Positions 20,350 to 30,700 of a stretch of DNA of 64,000 nucleotides are shown piece after piece. Positions within the stretch are counted from its first letter, which is position 1. The number at the start of each line of letters is the position of its first letter. A model generated the notes under the pieces. The model was given only the letters and a program-made list of their open reading frames with translations. It ran no database searches and was not told the DNA's origin. The position numbers and the translations under genes were made by a program. The stretch is from Dehalococcoidia bacterium (GTDB lineage: Bacteria > Chloroflexota > Dehalococcoidia > Lucifugimonadales > Lucifugimonadaceae): assembly GCA_965197765.1 (NCBI GenBank), contig OZ240225.1, positions 1,366,837 through 1,430,836 of the forward strand, written 5' to 3'.

Positions 20350-20705
20350 CAGATAGCAACCTTAAGCGTCGCGCAAAGAGGTTCATGTGTCGCGCGGCTT
20401 CAGCATACCAGATCTTGGTGGTAACGGAGACCGATCCGGGAGCGAATCGATCGGAACTTCATGCCTGCGGGTGCCGCGATGCTGCGAAACCGCTCTCCAG
20501 TGGCCTTGTAGCCGCAGGGATCGCGAGTGCCGATGCGACCCGCATCGATACGCGCGCCGGCAAATTCTCGCACCTGTTCGGACCGCTACCAAATCCAACC
20601 TAGCCGAGTCGATGGTTTTTCGCCCTGTGTTAAGACACTCGACGATGCAAGGGTGAGCACGGGCTTCCTGGCGCGACTTTTTCCGACGCAGATGCCACAG
20701 ATTCG

Positions 20706-20969
20706 GTGTTCCTCACGCTCGAGTATTCGTACGATGTGTCGGGTGGGCCGCACGTCGTGCAATTGGGAATCGTCGGCTATCACGAGGATGGCTTCGTTTT
20801 CAATCGTGGGACCGTTGAAGTGACCGCCGAGGAAGGCTGCATCGGCGGGACTGTCTGGCGTCCATTGGGGCCATCACCATCTGACATCAGATCTCCTGGG
20901 CAATATTGGATTTACGTCTGCGCGGACGAGCAAAAGGTCGCAGAGGTGTCGTACGAGGTCACGCCGTGA
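20706..20969 (+). CDS. Hypothetical small protein
   Basis: 87-aa ORF with balanced, non-Arg-rich composition (LEYSYDVSGGPHVVQLGIVGYHEDGFVFNRGTVEVTAEEG...YWIYVCADEQKVAEVSYEVTP), unlike the surrounding ORFs. GTG start, no clear RBS. Confidence 0.3.
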   Translation: MFLTLEYSYDVSGGPHVVQLGIVGYHEDGFVFNRGTVEVTAEEGCIGGTVWRPLGPSPSDIRSPGQYWIYVCADEQKVAEVSYEVTP

Positions 20970-21077
20970 AAAGTCTATTCGAATCTGAGTTGCCAATCGG
21001 GGTCGTCCCGCGTTTGGCAGCACCAATGCATGCGGGGGAAAACGAGCCCCGACACAAACCATGCACCGATTACGCAA

Positions 21078-21150
21078 TGGCGGTTAAAGCAGTTGGTCAA
21101 AGCGCGTCGTCGACATTCACGATGTGGGAGGTTCGAATCCTCCATCGCCG
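21078..21150 (+). pseudogene. Degenerate tRNA-like element (tRNA-Val GAC-like relic)
   Basis: 73 nt folds with a 7-bp acceptor stem (2 G-U pairs), a perfect T arm GGAGG-TTCGAAT-CCTCC and a 5-nt variable loop. The anticodon arm has loop TCGACAT. The D stem does not pair, position 33 is C and there is no CCA. Confidence 0.4.
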
Positions 21151-22544
21151 TCAACGCGGCCGATTAACGCGCGTCGCGATCAATCGATGATTCGATGCGA
21201 TGGAGGGCTTCAGGGGGGTAGGACAATCCGCGCGCCCGCGCGCCCGTTAAGAGGGTTCTGGCCGGCGCCCCCGGCGGACGAGGCACGCCGCGAGAAGCTG
21301 GACAGCGGACGGACGGCGTGTGTTCGGGACGGATCTGCGAAACGGTGAAGCCGACCTGACGAGGCGGCTTTGGCTGTTCCCGCGCTGCACCCGATTCCAG
21401 GCGGCCGAGCAGGACCGTCGGTTGTTGGGAATCGGACCACCCTCGAGCCATTCGGTGCACAGCGTCGAGCGCGTTGGCCGAGTGGCCGTGTCTTCTGCGG
21501 TTCAGATCGTGTCGCGACGGCGAGAATTCTTGTGAATTCGTGCTTGGATAAATTTTCGAGGTATTGCGTAGCGATTCGATCGCTGTTACAATTCATGCTG
21601 CGCGACGCCCCAAAATGCGCGACGTTTCAATTAGGGGTGTCGAAAATGACGAAATCGTTTCGGTGCATCGCACCGACGAATCAGATTCGGATCTTTTCGT
21701 CCAGCTCGCTGAGACGAGCGAGTCATCCGAAACTTAGTTCTCTCGGTTTTCGCCGGGTCGCCGACATACGGAATTCGGATTCTCGATCTCAATCCGGATC
21801 CGCAAACCAGATCGTCCGCTCGTCGGGAGCGTCTCTTGAGAGCCACGCGGCGCCGGCGGGAACCTTCGGACACTGGCGACCGCTTGATCGTTGGGAACGC
21901 TTGCCACCCGACTCGCTCTGGGCTGCTCAGGGGAACGCATTCGCTCCCGCCGCAGACTTCGGCCGCCGGCGGCGGATGGGGGGTGCTGAAGCCACCACGT
22001 TCGACGTCGGATGTTCTCAACCGGGTTGCGCAGATTCCACCGACGAGGGCTTGCCGAGCGTAGAGCGCCGGAAATCCTCCCCGACTGCATCCCAAACTTC
22101 CGCCGGGGACGATCCGGGAGTTCGACCAAGGGTATCTGCCTGTGCTGTTCGATCAGCGACCCACGCGGATGCGACGATCCCGTCGAGTCTGCCGGAACGG
22201 CCAGTCCGAGGTTGGTACCGGACGGGAACGGCTGCGCATTCCGTTCGACTTCGTCCTCGACGCGCAGCCTCGGGTTCGTGCCGCGCCGCCGAGGTTTTGC
22301 GGTCGCCTGCCATTGCGAATTTCAAAGATGCCCCGACCTCGTGGCAGATCTGCGGGTCGGCGTTCGGTTCGGTTTTGGGATGTTTCCGAGCCTCGAGACC
22401 AAGGGAACCATTTCAAATCATCAGGTTCGTGCGGGACTATTCGTCCGCGGAAATTCGCCGGCCATCGGACGGGAACAGCGCAAATGCGCGCGTTGCAACC
22501 GCAATTGAAACGGTCGCCAGAACACATTTGCGGAGGTGATCGCA

Positions 22545-23153
22545 ATGCGCAAAGTTGTCGGATACATCGACGAAATCAGCGAGGCTCGACGCGACAAAGA
22601 GCTGAACGTGGTCCGCGACTGGGCCCGGCGAAACGGTTTCCGCATAATCTCGGTCTACAGGGACCAGCTCAGACCGAGATCCAATCTCCCGAATCTGGAA
22701 CGAGCCTTGAAATCATGTCGACGCAACTCGGCGGTTCTGGCCGTCGCGAAGAGCCACGTGTTGATGCGCAACTCGAGGTTCAGCAAACATATGTTTGAAG
22801 GATTGAAAGACGGGGTGAATATTGTTTCGGTCGATCTCCCATCCATATCAAACCTTCCTCCGGTGGTGCAGCGCTCGGTCTGGCTGGGCATGTTCGAGGC
22901 GGGCGAGAATCTTCGGCGACGTCCGAGCGGCGGCCGACGGGACCCGACATCATTAACGGAGGACGATAAAGCCAAGGTCGAACACTTGAAGATACTTCTC
23001 GAACTCGGCGAACTCGGCAACGACGATCAGCTGTATGCCGACAGTCTCAACCGCGCCGGGGTGAGATTGCCCGGCGGAACCAAATTTGGGCCGAAAAGTG
23101 CGAAGCGGGTTCGCAAGCAGCTGCTTCGCATGCTCAAAGCGTTCAAAAATTGA
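22545..23153 (+). CDS. Resolvase (serine recombinase)-like protein with non-canonical active-site region
   Basis: ATG 6 nt after GGAGGTG. The layout VVGYIDEIS / RRNGFRIISVYRD / AVLAVAKSHVLMRNSRF / GVNIVSV mirrors aYvRVSt / G..v...y.D / d.llV..ldRLsR / gv.l.s. The Arg-Val-Ser triad aligns to Asp-Glu-Ile. C-terminal HTH-like tail. Confidence 0.55.
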   Translation: MRKVVGYIDEISEARRDKELNVVRDWARRNGFRIISVYRDQLRPRSNLPNLERALKSCRRNSAVLAVAKSHVLMRNSRFSKHMFEGLKDGVNIVSVDLPSISNLPPVVQRSVWLGMFEAGENLRRRPSGGRRDPTSLTEDDKAKVEHLKILLELGELGNDDQLYADSLNRAGVRLPGGTKFGPKSAKRVRKQLLRMLKAFKN

Positions 23154-23499
23154 TTGTAGCACAGACGATTCCTGCGACGATGGAATTCGCGCCAAAGGAG
23201 ATTGCTTCGACCAAGTGCCGCCTGCATCGCGGACGAGTTTTCTCAGGAATTCTGTTGCCGGACCCGCGTGTGCCGGCTCGACTAAACCGCCGAGTTTTGG
23301 TCGGATCGGCAATGCATAAAGACATTTTCAGGGTCTCGCAGGCATGTGCCGCCGACGTTTTCAGACATGGCGGTTGGGAAGACGATGCGATTTCCCGCAG
23401 CGGCGATTCCACCGGATACGGCGCTGCCGAGACTCGAATCGCGGCAGCGCGTGGTCTCGGCCCGAGATCACCTTCAACAGACGAAAGGGAACCCAGGTA

Positions 23500-24546
23500 A
23501 TGAATGAACTGAATGTGCTGGACCGCGGATCTGGCATGAACGATTACAACGCGAACGAAGCGGCCGAGGCCGTCCGATTCGCCCGGCAGCTCGAGAGGTT
23601 GGTCAGTTTCGCCCGGTCGATCGGACTCAGCCATAGAGACATCGCGAAGCGTATGAACGAACTGGGTCTTCGCACGAGAACCGGCTGCGAGTGGAATCGC
23701 AGATCGGTACACCGCCTGTTGCCGAGGCTGGAGGATTCGGGCGCGTCGAACGTCGACGCCGCTATACCGCCAACCTCGGCAAATGACGTCGATTCGAAGG
23801 TCGACCTTTTCACCAGGGGATCGACTGATCGAGATCCTGTCCGCAAGTCGGAGTCCTTGAAGGGGGATGGGGCAGGTGAAAATCCGGTCGCGGCGATCGC
23901 GTATGTCAACAGCGTGAATGACCGAACACGCCTGTCGCAAAGCTCGTCGGCGAAGATGTGGGCCAATCTCAACCAGATCAATATCGTACGGGAATTCCAA
24001 GACGTCATTAAACCGCGCCACCCGATTCCCGGTCTTGTCGCCGCCGCGTTTTTCTCGATATTTGAAGGTTGCGACATCATCGTCTGCGACACGGGTCATT
24101 TGTTCACCAACCGGCGGTTCCTCCAAATCGCGATCCCGGCCCGCGATGCCGGAGTCCGTTTCTTGAGCGCGGACCTGCGACACGTCTCGTACGCATTGGA
24201 ATTGAACCGGCTGTTCTGGAACGCCGTGTTGGACGTCGGCGCCCGTTGGCTCGAAGACCCGGGCGGCGGCCGGCGTGACGGTTCCATCCTGACGGAAGAC
24301 GAGACATGGGCGCTTCAGTTCCTGCCGGAGCTCAAACTGGCCAACGAGCAAAATTGGGGCGACGCAGAAGTTGCGTCGCATCTGGCGTCGGTCGGGAAAA
24401 CGAAGCCCGCGGGTTACGCGTTCAACGCGGAGGACGTCCGGGCGATGCGCGAGATCGTCAACCGACTGTTCCGCGACTTGTCCGGGCCGGCAAGACGATC
24501 CGGCAACGGATCCGAGGAAATGCGGAACGAAAAAGAAGAGCAATGA
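23500..24546 (+). CDS. Resolvase-like protein with N-terminal HTH-like segment (paralog of 22545..23153)
   Basis: Starts MNELNVLD. Segment SIGLSHRDIAKRMNELGLRTRTGCEWNRRSVHRLL is recombinase-HTH-like. The central AAIAYVNSVN / IVREFQDV / DIIVCDTGHLFTNRRF / GVRFLSADL follows the resolvase layout, with Asn-Ser-Val at the R-V-S position. Shares the GGRRD...LTEDD/E tail with the upstream gene. Confidence 0.5.
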   Translation: MNELNVLDRGSGMNDYNANEAAEAVRFARQLERLVSFARSIGLSHRDIAKRMNELGLRTRTGCEWNRRSVHRLLPRLEDSGASNVDAAIPPTSANDVDSKVDLFTRGSTDRDPVRKSESLKGDGAGENPVAAIAYVNSVNDRTRLSQSSSAKMWANLNQINIVREFQDVIKPRHPIPGLVAAAFFSIFEGCDIIVCDTGHLFTNRRFLQIAIPARDAGVRFLSADLRHVSYALELNRLFWNAVLDVGARWLEDPGGGRRDGSILTEDETWALQFLPELKLANEQNWGDAEVASHLASVGKTKPAGYAFNAEDVRAMREIVNRLFRDLSGPARRSGNGSEEMRNEKEEQ

Positions 24547-25082
24547 ATCTACTTGGTCTGGCAGCTTGCGTGCCGGATTCCGCTCACACGTGAGATTCGA
24601 ACGATTTCGATGTTGCGCGTTGTCGGTGATCGGATCGTACACGCGGCGGCGACTCGCAACATCGTCTCGGCCCGACTCGCCCAGGCGTAGCAGGGGGTGG
24701 TTCGCCACGTCGCGAATCGATGATCGTTTCCGCGTCGCGGCTTGAGGCAGATCCGCGAGTCGCGACGATGGTGATGGCAGCATTGCCCAGGTCGGTCGAC
24801 GATCGATGGAACATCGTTTCGCTTTGCGATGATGATGATCTCATCCTCGGGGATTAACGAGCTTCGGACACGCCGGCGGGGTGTCGCGTAACAGCCGCTG
24901 CTCAACGCCCGACGATGTGCGATGAGCTAGAATCGACGCTCCCGGCTCCCACCCGAGATCAACCGGCACTGGTGATGTCGAGCCGTAGAAGCACGGGCGA
25001 TTCGCGTCCAGCGCGGCGGCACTTGGTTGTTCGTCTTGCCGGCCCGAGCGCGGAACGCGGTCGGCTAGGAATCTGAGCATCG

Positions 25083-25991
25083 ATGAATCGAGAAGCGCGA
25101 CCTTTGAGCACTTTCAGGCGCTACGACAGCTGCGACCAGACCGAGTTGGTTTACAGGTTGGAGACGCAAGCCTGGCGATCGTGCATGCGGTCGCGTTTCG
25201 GCAACCACCGTCTGCGGGCCGACCTCATGAGACATCACGACGCGGTCGCGCACGACGAGGCTCAGAAAATCGCCGCGTCGATATGGCGAAACTACGGATG
25301 CGGCTCGTTGATCGTCGTCTTCGGCGACGAGAATCTCGACTCCTCGTTTTTCGAGCCCGGCGCCTGCGAAACTTACAAGGGCCGCATAGAGATAATGCGA
25401 GAATTCAACGTTCACGGATACGTGTCCCGGACCCATCTCATTCACGAGCTGTCACATGCAGTGGTTCAGAACCTGTTCGAGGACGAGGGCGACAACCTTG
25501 GACACGGTCCGCGCTTCGTGTCGGTGATGGTCCAGCTGCAGGATCGCTGGGGTTTTGCGAACCGGGCGGTCTGGATCGATGCGATGTGGTCGATGGGCGG
25601 TGAAAGACCGTTGTGCGCCCCTTTGTCCATGCCGCCGCAACGTCTGTTCGCGTCCACCTTGGAGTTCAAGAAGGTTGAACTCTTTCCGCCGCTCGTGGCG
25701 GTGCTGCCGCCCCCGAACGTGATCGAAGCGCGCCACCTTGCGTCCGAGGAGCGGACGCTGCTGTTTCTGACGGAAGGCTACCACTGGGGGCTTCCGATCG
25801 GCAGTGTTCCGCCCGCCGGACCTGGTCGCACGGCTCTCGTAAAAGGAGAATTCGCGCTCATCGACTTCTGGTGGGATGCGCAACACAGCCGATTGACTCG
25901 TTGCCCGGTGTTTGCCCTGACCGGCGAATGCCCGCATACCGAACCGGTGCTGCTGCACTGGCTCGACCCTAGGCCGTTCTTCACGCGATGA
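25083..25991 (+). CDS. SprT-like zinc metalloprotease-domain protein
   Basis: 302-aa ORF with THLIHELSHAVV (HExxH) followed by GHGPRFV, the SprT/WLM-like arrangement. The C-terminal half is unassigned. Confidence 0.5.
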   Translation: MNREARPLSTFRRYDSCDQTELVYRLETQAWRSCMRSRFGNHRLRADLMRHHDAVAHDEAQKIAASIWRNYGCGSLIVVFGDENLDSSFFEPGACETYKGRIEIMREFNVHGYVSRTHLIHELSHAVVQNLFEDEGDNLGHGPRFVSVMVQLQDRWGFANRAVWIDAMWSMGGERPLCAPLSMPPQRLFASTLEFKKVELFPPLVAVLPPPNVIEARHLASEERTLLFLTEGYHWGLPIGSVPPAGPGRTALVKGEFALIDFWWDAQHSRLTRCPVFALTGECPHTEPVLLHWLDPRPFFTR

Positions 25992-26144
25992 AGACAGATC
26001 GCCGACGCGCCGCCCGAAGTCGCGCTCCTGGATGTCCAGGCAACCGGCCCGAGGTTTTCCCGGCGGTTGAAAATCTGCGACAATTTGGGCGAGAACAAGC
26101 GCGCGACTCGGACCCCGTATGACCGCGACTGGCGAGGACACAGG

Positions 26145-26912
26145 ATGGATCTGACAAAGTATCAGAAGATCGAAATCGTCGTCCAGTGTCTGGAAGCACT
26201 GGAGATGCCCGGACAGGAATTCGAGGACGACCTGCGGAACTTCCTCTGGTGGGAATCCGAATCCAACGATAGGCTGCTCGCGCACGCGGTGCATGAGGAT
26301 GTGTCCTTGACGCGGCTTGGACACAGTGAACGCGGCAGGGCATGCGGCCTTCTTTTCCCGGTGACGGGCGACGAAAAACACCGAGAAACGGTCGCACGGG
26401 AGATCGTCCACAGCAACGGCGGGGAATATCCGGCCCCCGGGGACATCCTTTTCTCCTGTCGGATGCATGCATGGCCCAACGATCTCGGGAACTGGATTTT
26501 CGAAGTCGACTGCGACTGCCCCCCGCCGGACCAACCGTCGGCTGAAGCGCTCGCGAACGCGGAGGAAATCGTAGATTTCTTCAACCGTAACCGATTGGGG
26601 ATGAGACGGTCGGTCGAAGCTCTGCGACAAAGACTCGCCCGAGACTCTCAATTCGCCGCCCATCTCCACGGTCATGTTCTGGGGCTCGACGCGGTTCTGG
26701 GAGAGTTCGGCTACGTCGAATCGGCTGATGGCTGGCGTCTGGAGTTCGGCGGATCCATACGTTGGGAAGAGGAACACCCTTCGCCGTGTCGATTCTTCAT
26801 GGAGGGATGGAGATGGGGTTACGAGTGCGAATGCCCGTGCAATTGTCTCGCCGAGGTCGCGGACCCCACCGTCGGAGAGATGGTCGACGAAGCGGTACGA
26901 GGTCTGTTTTGA
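26145..26912 (+). CDS. Hypothetical protein (acidic, Cys/Trp-rich C-terminus)
   Basis: ATG 26145 after GAGGA. Protein-like composition (MDLTKYQKIEIVVQCLEALEMPGQEFEDDLRNFLWWE...GWRWGYECECPCNCLAEV). No family recognised. Confidence 0.45.
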   Translation: MDLTKYQKIEIVVQCLEALEMPGQEFEDDLRNFLWWESESNDRLLAHAVHEDVSLTRLGHSERGRACGLLFPVTGDEKHRETVAREIVHSNGGEYPAPGDILFSCRMHAWPNDLGNWIFEVDCDCPPPDQPSAEALANAEEIVDFFNRNRLGMRRSVEALRQRLARDSQFAAHLHGHVLGLDAVLGEFGYVESADGWRLEFGGSIRWEEEHPSPCRFFMEGWRWGYECECPCNCLAEVADPTVGEMVDEAVRGLF

Positions 26913-27748
26913 CCTTGGACGACCACCGAGCGGCCACGCCACGAAACCCGAACGGTTCCTAGCCCCGAGAGACACCGCGGATTGATCGGCATGCGATGAA
27001 TGTCGCTGCCAGACGGGAAAATCCAAGTGCATGCCGCGTCGCGCCGTCGCCCATCCTCGTCCCTGGCCCGGAACTCGCTCGATGGAAACGTCCGTGAAAA
27101 CTGGCAAAACTCGGGCGATGACAGTCAGAAACCATCGCCAAGTTCCCGATCCCAGAAGCTCCTCGCACCGACGAGTGTTAGCGAAACCGTCGTCCCCAGG
27201 ACGATGGCCCACATTCCGAGGAGCGGCAGGAACAGTCCAAACGCCTCGGCGTGGCGGTCGTCGACCGCGTCCACGCCGCAGTAGAGGAAAACCAGCGCGT
27301 TCGGAACTGCCTAACCGAAACTCCGTCCGGAGTCGCGGGAACCGGCAGAATCGGAGCTATAGCCCCCGGAGTGCGACTCCGTGCGCTGTATGGGAACGGG
27401 GTCGAACGGCTTGGGAGCTGCAGCCGAGCAGTCGGCACCTGTTTTGAGCTGTGGCCCAACAGCCCTTCACACCGCGTATTCGACCCCGCCCGGTGCTGGA
27501 AGCATCGGATCAGGTTCCGTTGCGGGACTGTGCAAAGGGGATTTCGGGAAGCGGACCTCGGTTTCGGCGCATCGAGCTGCAAAGGGAGGCGGCCTCAGAT
27601 CTAGCCGCCCGACCTTCTGGTCACCCCAGGACCTGATGGTTTTTTCGTTCCGCAAGGTGCCGCGATCCGTCAACGGCCGTCGCGGCGGCGCGCAAGCGAT
27701 GGACCCGCGAGACGCGCGGGAAGGCGGAGGCCGTGCAGGGAGAGGTCC

Positions 27749-30700
27749 TTACGCAGGGCTTCGTCGGACGGCGATGATCGCGCCAGATGTAAACACTGCT
27801 GTGCCCGCTAAGGCAAGGAGGAGCAGTAAAGTCTCCATCGGCGCGAACCCGCCGGTGCCGGGAAGGGCTTCGTCGTCAGTTTCTGGAGTTTCTGGAGTTT
27901 CGGGGATTGGTTCTTCGGGTGCGCCGACGGTGCCTACGGCGACTCGCGCGGGTAGAGTAGAGATTGCGCCGCAGGCCAAAACCTGCGTGTCGCTCAGCTT
28001 GACGGTGGTTGCCAGTACCGTAAGACCGCGTACATCGTCGGAGGCGGCTACGACGACATCGGCGATTTTGGTCCGGATTTCGTCGGGTAAAGGCAGGCAG
28101 ACGCTGACAGGTTCTTGTAGCGCGTAGGTCGATATGCGTTGGCCTGCTGCGTTGACGACGCTGATCGCGTAGGCTGACCCGCCGAGGGTGTACCGGTGCC
28201 AAGTCATACCCGCGTTCGAAGCGGCGCCTGAAGGTGCGACGCTGATGCCGATGAACTCGCCGTTCGTGACGGCGCCGGGCCCCGCGGAGAGCGAATACCC
28301 TTCCCCTGTGAATGTGCCGCCTTCCTCGGGGGTAAACACTGCGTAGGCAGTTCCCTCGGAGTCGGTCAGCACTTCTGGGATATCTCCCTGCGGGTTAACC
28401 GGCACGCGTCTTTCAGGTGCAGCGGCTGAGCGCCGTCTGACCGTCACATTGATGGTGGCGCTGCAACGCGCCTGTTGGTCTTCGATAGATTCGTCGGAAC
28501 CGGCCCCTTGGCAAGTTCCAGCTTTCTCGAGCGACGCCGTGACTGCGAATTGGCCAGCCGTTGCGGGCGCGGTGAATACTACCTCGCGGTCGTCGGCTTC
28601 GCCGTTGCGCCATTGTTGTCGGATGTCTGCTTCTGACAGTGAGCCGGCCTGCGCGCGCCATGTGAACGCAGGTCGCCCCTCGTCCGGAGCGCGGTCGGCA
28701 AGATTGTTGTCGAACAGGCCTTGGCGACCGTAGACGTCGACGGAGAGCCGGACGGTATCGCCTTCGCTGACGGTCAACGAGGTGATCGATGGCTCGATTC
28801 TCAGGATACGGGAGAAGGCGCCACCGCCCCGGACGGTGCCGGACGGCGGTGCTGGTCCGGTTTTGAAGAATGCTCTGGCGGTAAGCTCCGAGTCAAAACC
28901 TTGGGCCAACGATGCTTGAACTTCGTACACCGTATCGGGGATTAGGTCGGTCGCGTCCAATGTCACGGAAGTTGCATCACCTGACAAAGTGGCGATTTGG
29001 CTTTCGCTCCATTCGTCCGAATCTGCTTGCCGATAGCGCATGTACACCTTTGACCCCGGTGTTGCGTCTGCGACCTCGATTATGACGGGCGCGCTTTGGG
29101 ACAAGATGTTTCCGAATCCTACTGCGGAGATGCAAATGCCTTCCCTCGGCGTCCCGGTCACATCTTCGGACCAGAGCGGATTTCCGCCAGCGTCCATCGC
29201 GTCACCGTCGCGGTTGGTTGCCAAAATCCTGAAGGCGTATGTCGTCCCGTTAACCAGCGAGCTGAGTGTAAACATCTGCGTTGAGGACCGTGTGATGTGC
29301 TCGCGTGGCGGAGCCGCCATGTCATCATAATCCTCTTGCCCAGATTTCCACTGGATTGTGTAATAAGTGATCGGGCTACCACCGTTGTCGACCGGCGCCA
29401 GCCAGCTGAGACGCAACGAGTTATCGCAGGCCGTGATTGCGGGGTTGGCCGATGCGCTTCGAGGTTCGGTGCTGGGTGTAGCCTTCAGTTCGGTGGGAGT
29501 TCCGTTGCCGAATTGTTGGTTGTTTGCGAAGACTTGGACCATATACTCGGTGCCGTTCGTCAAACCGTCGATCACAACGGATCTGCCCGTAGCATCGGTC
29601 GTCTTCTGTCTCGAACTGGAGTAAGATTCGTTCCCCGATTTCCACTGCACGGTGTACCGCGTGATCGGGAAACCGCCGGCGTTAGGTGCCATCCAATTGA
29701 CTGTGAGTTGTCGGTCGCCGTGTTCGATATTCACGTCCGGCGCGAGGGGTGCCGACCGCCTAGTGGTGAACGTCATTCCGAACCCTATCTCCGCAGGTCC
29801 TTCGATAAATGCACGAACGAAATACCGCGTGTTGCCGAGAAGCCCGGTAAGATCGAAATCGAATATCGCGCCCGACGATGGCTCCGAAGTCAAAACGTTG
29901 ACATCATCGGTTCCCGACGCGGAGTATTCCAGGCGAATCGTAAGTGGGGTGGCGTCGACGTTGGCAAGTTGAACCCTCAATTTCGCGGTGGTCTGGGTTG
30001 TCTCGAGTGTCGTGACCATGTCGATGCTCGGCCCTTCGACGGGCGTTGCGGTTGCTTCGCCCACGGCGCCTTGACCGTATTCGTTTTCTGCTTGCACTTC
30101 GACGCGGTATGGTATTTCGTTCTCCAAGCTTGAGATCAGGGATGTCGTGGCGTCGAGATTCAAGGCCACAAGATCTGCAGCGACGCCTGTGTTGACGTTC
30201 GTCCACTTAATGGTCAGGACCGTTATCGGAGACCCTCTATCGTCGACCGTCCAATTCACCCGCAAACGTTCGTGGCCGGGGATGATCGAGACGACCGGTG
30301 CTGCGGGGACATCGTCAGTGTCGAACGAGGTCGAAGCCACACCGGCATCAAAGTTTTCGCTGAGCGACGCCTCCACATCGTAGGTGACGCCTTGAGTCAA
30401 ACCGGTCAGGGCGAAAGTCACCTCCAATTGATTCGGGTTCGCATCTTGACTCACCGGTAGTGGGAACACCGTGTCGGATGACTGCTTGTGCCGCAGGTAG
30501 ATCGGGGTGGTGCCAAGCGGCAGATCGACGGTGGTGACCTTCACCACCGCTTCCACGTTCGTGATCGTCTCGGGATCTATGGATACGTCACTTACCATCG
30601 GTATAGCCATGGGAGTACCCATAAACTCGGTCGACTGTGTTTCGCCGTGGGGCGCAACGGCGACTACGGCATAGGTGTACCGTCTACCGTTCTCGAGGCC

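Larger units (their letters stand above)
19367..27748. mobile_element. Putative degraded integrative island(s) at tRNA-Asn
   Basis: Starts right after the tRNA-Asn 3' end. Contains an AlpA-like gene, a tRNA-like relic, two resolvase-like genes and a SprT-like gene, with no housekeeping genes. No integrase and no attR repeat found by eye, so the right boundary is arbitrary. Confidence 0.4.

Noticed and set aside
21370-22539. 389-aa plus-strand ORF (or its 299-aa version from ATG 21643)
   Set aside because: It is S/R/A/P-rich with no hydrophobic core pattern or motif, and other frames are equally open. I left it unannotated and reported the region as a finding instead.
23143-24783. 546-aa ORF on the minus strand
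   Set aside because: It is antisense to the better-supported resolvase-like gene (23500-24546). It is extremely Arg/Pro/Gly-rich with no motifs, a typical shadow ORF in high-GC DNA.
25452-27212. 586-aa ORF on the minus strand
   Set aside because: It is antisense to the SprT-like and hypothetical plus-strand genes, which have RBSs and protein-like composition. It is Arg-rich and low in complexity.
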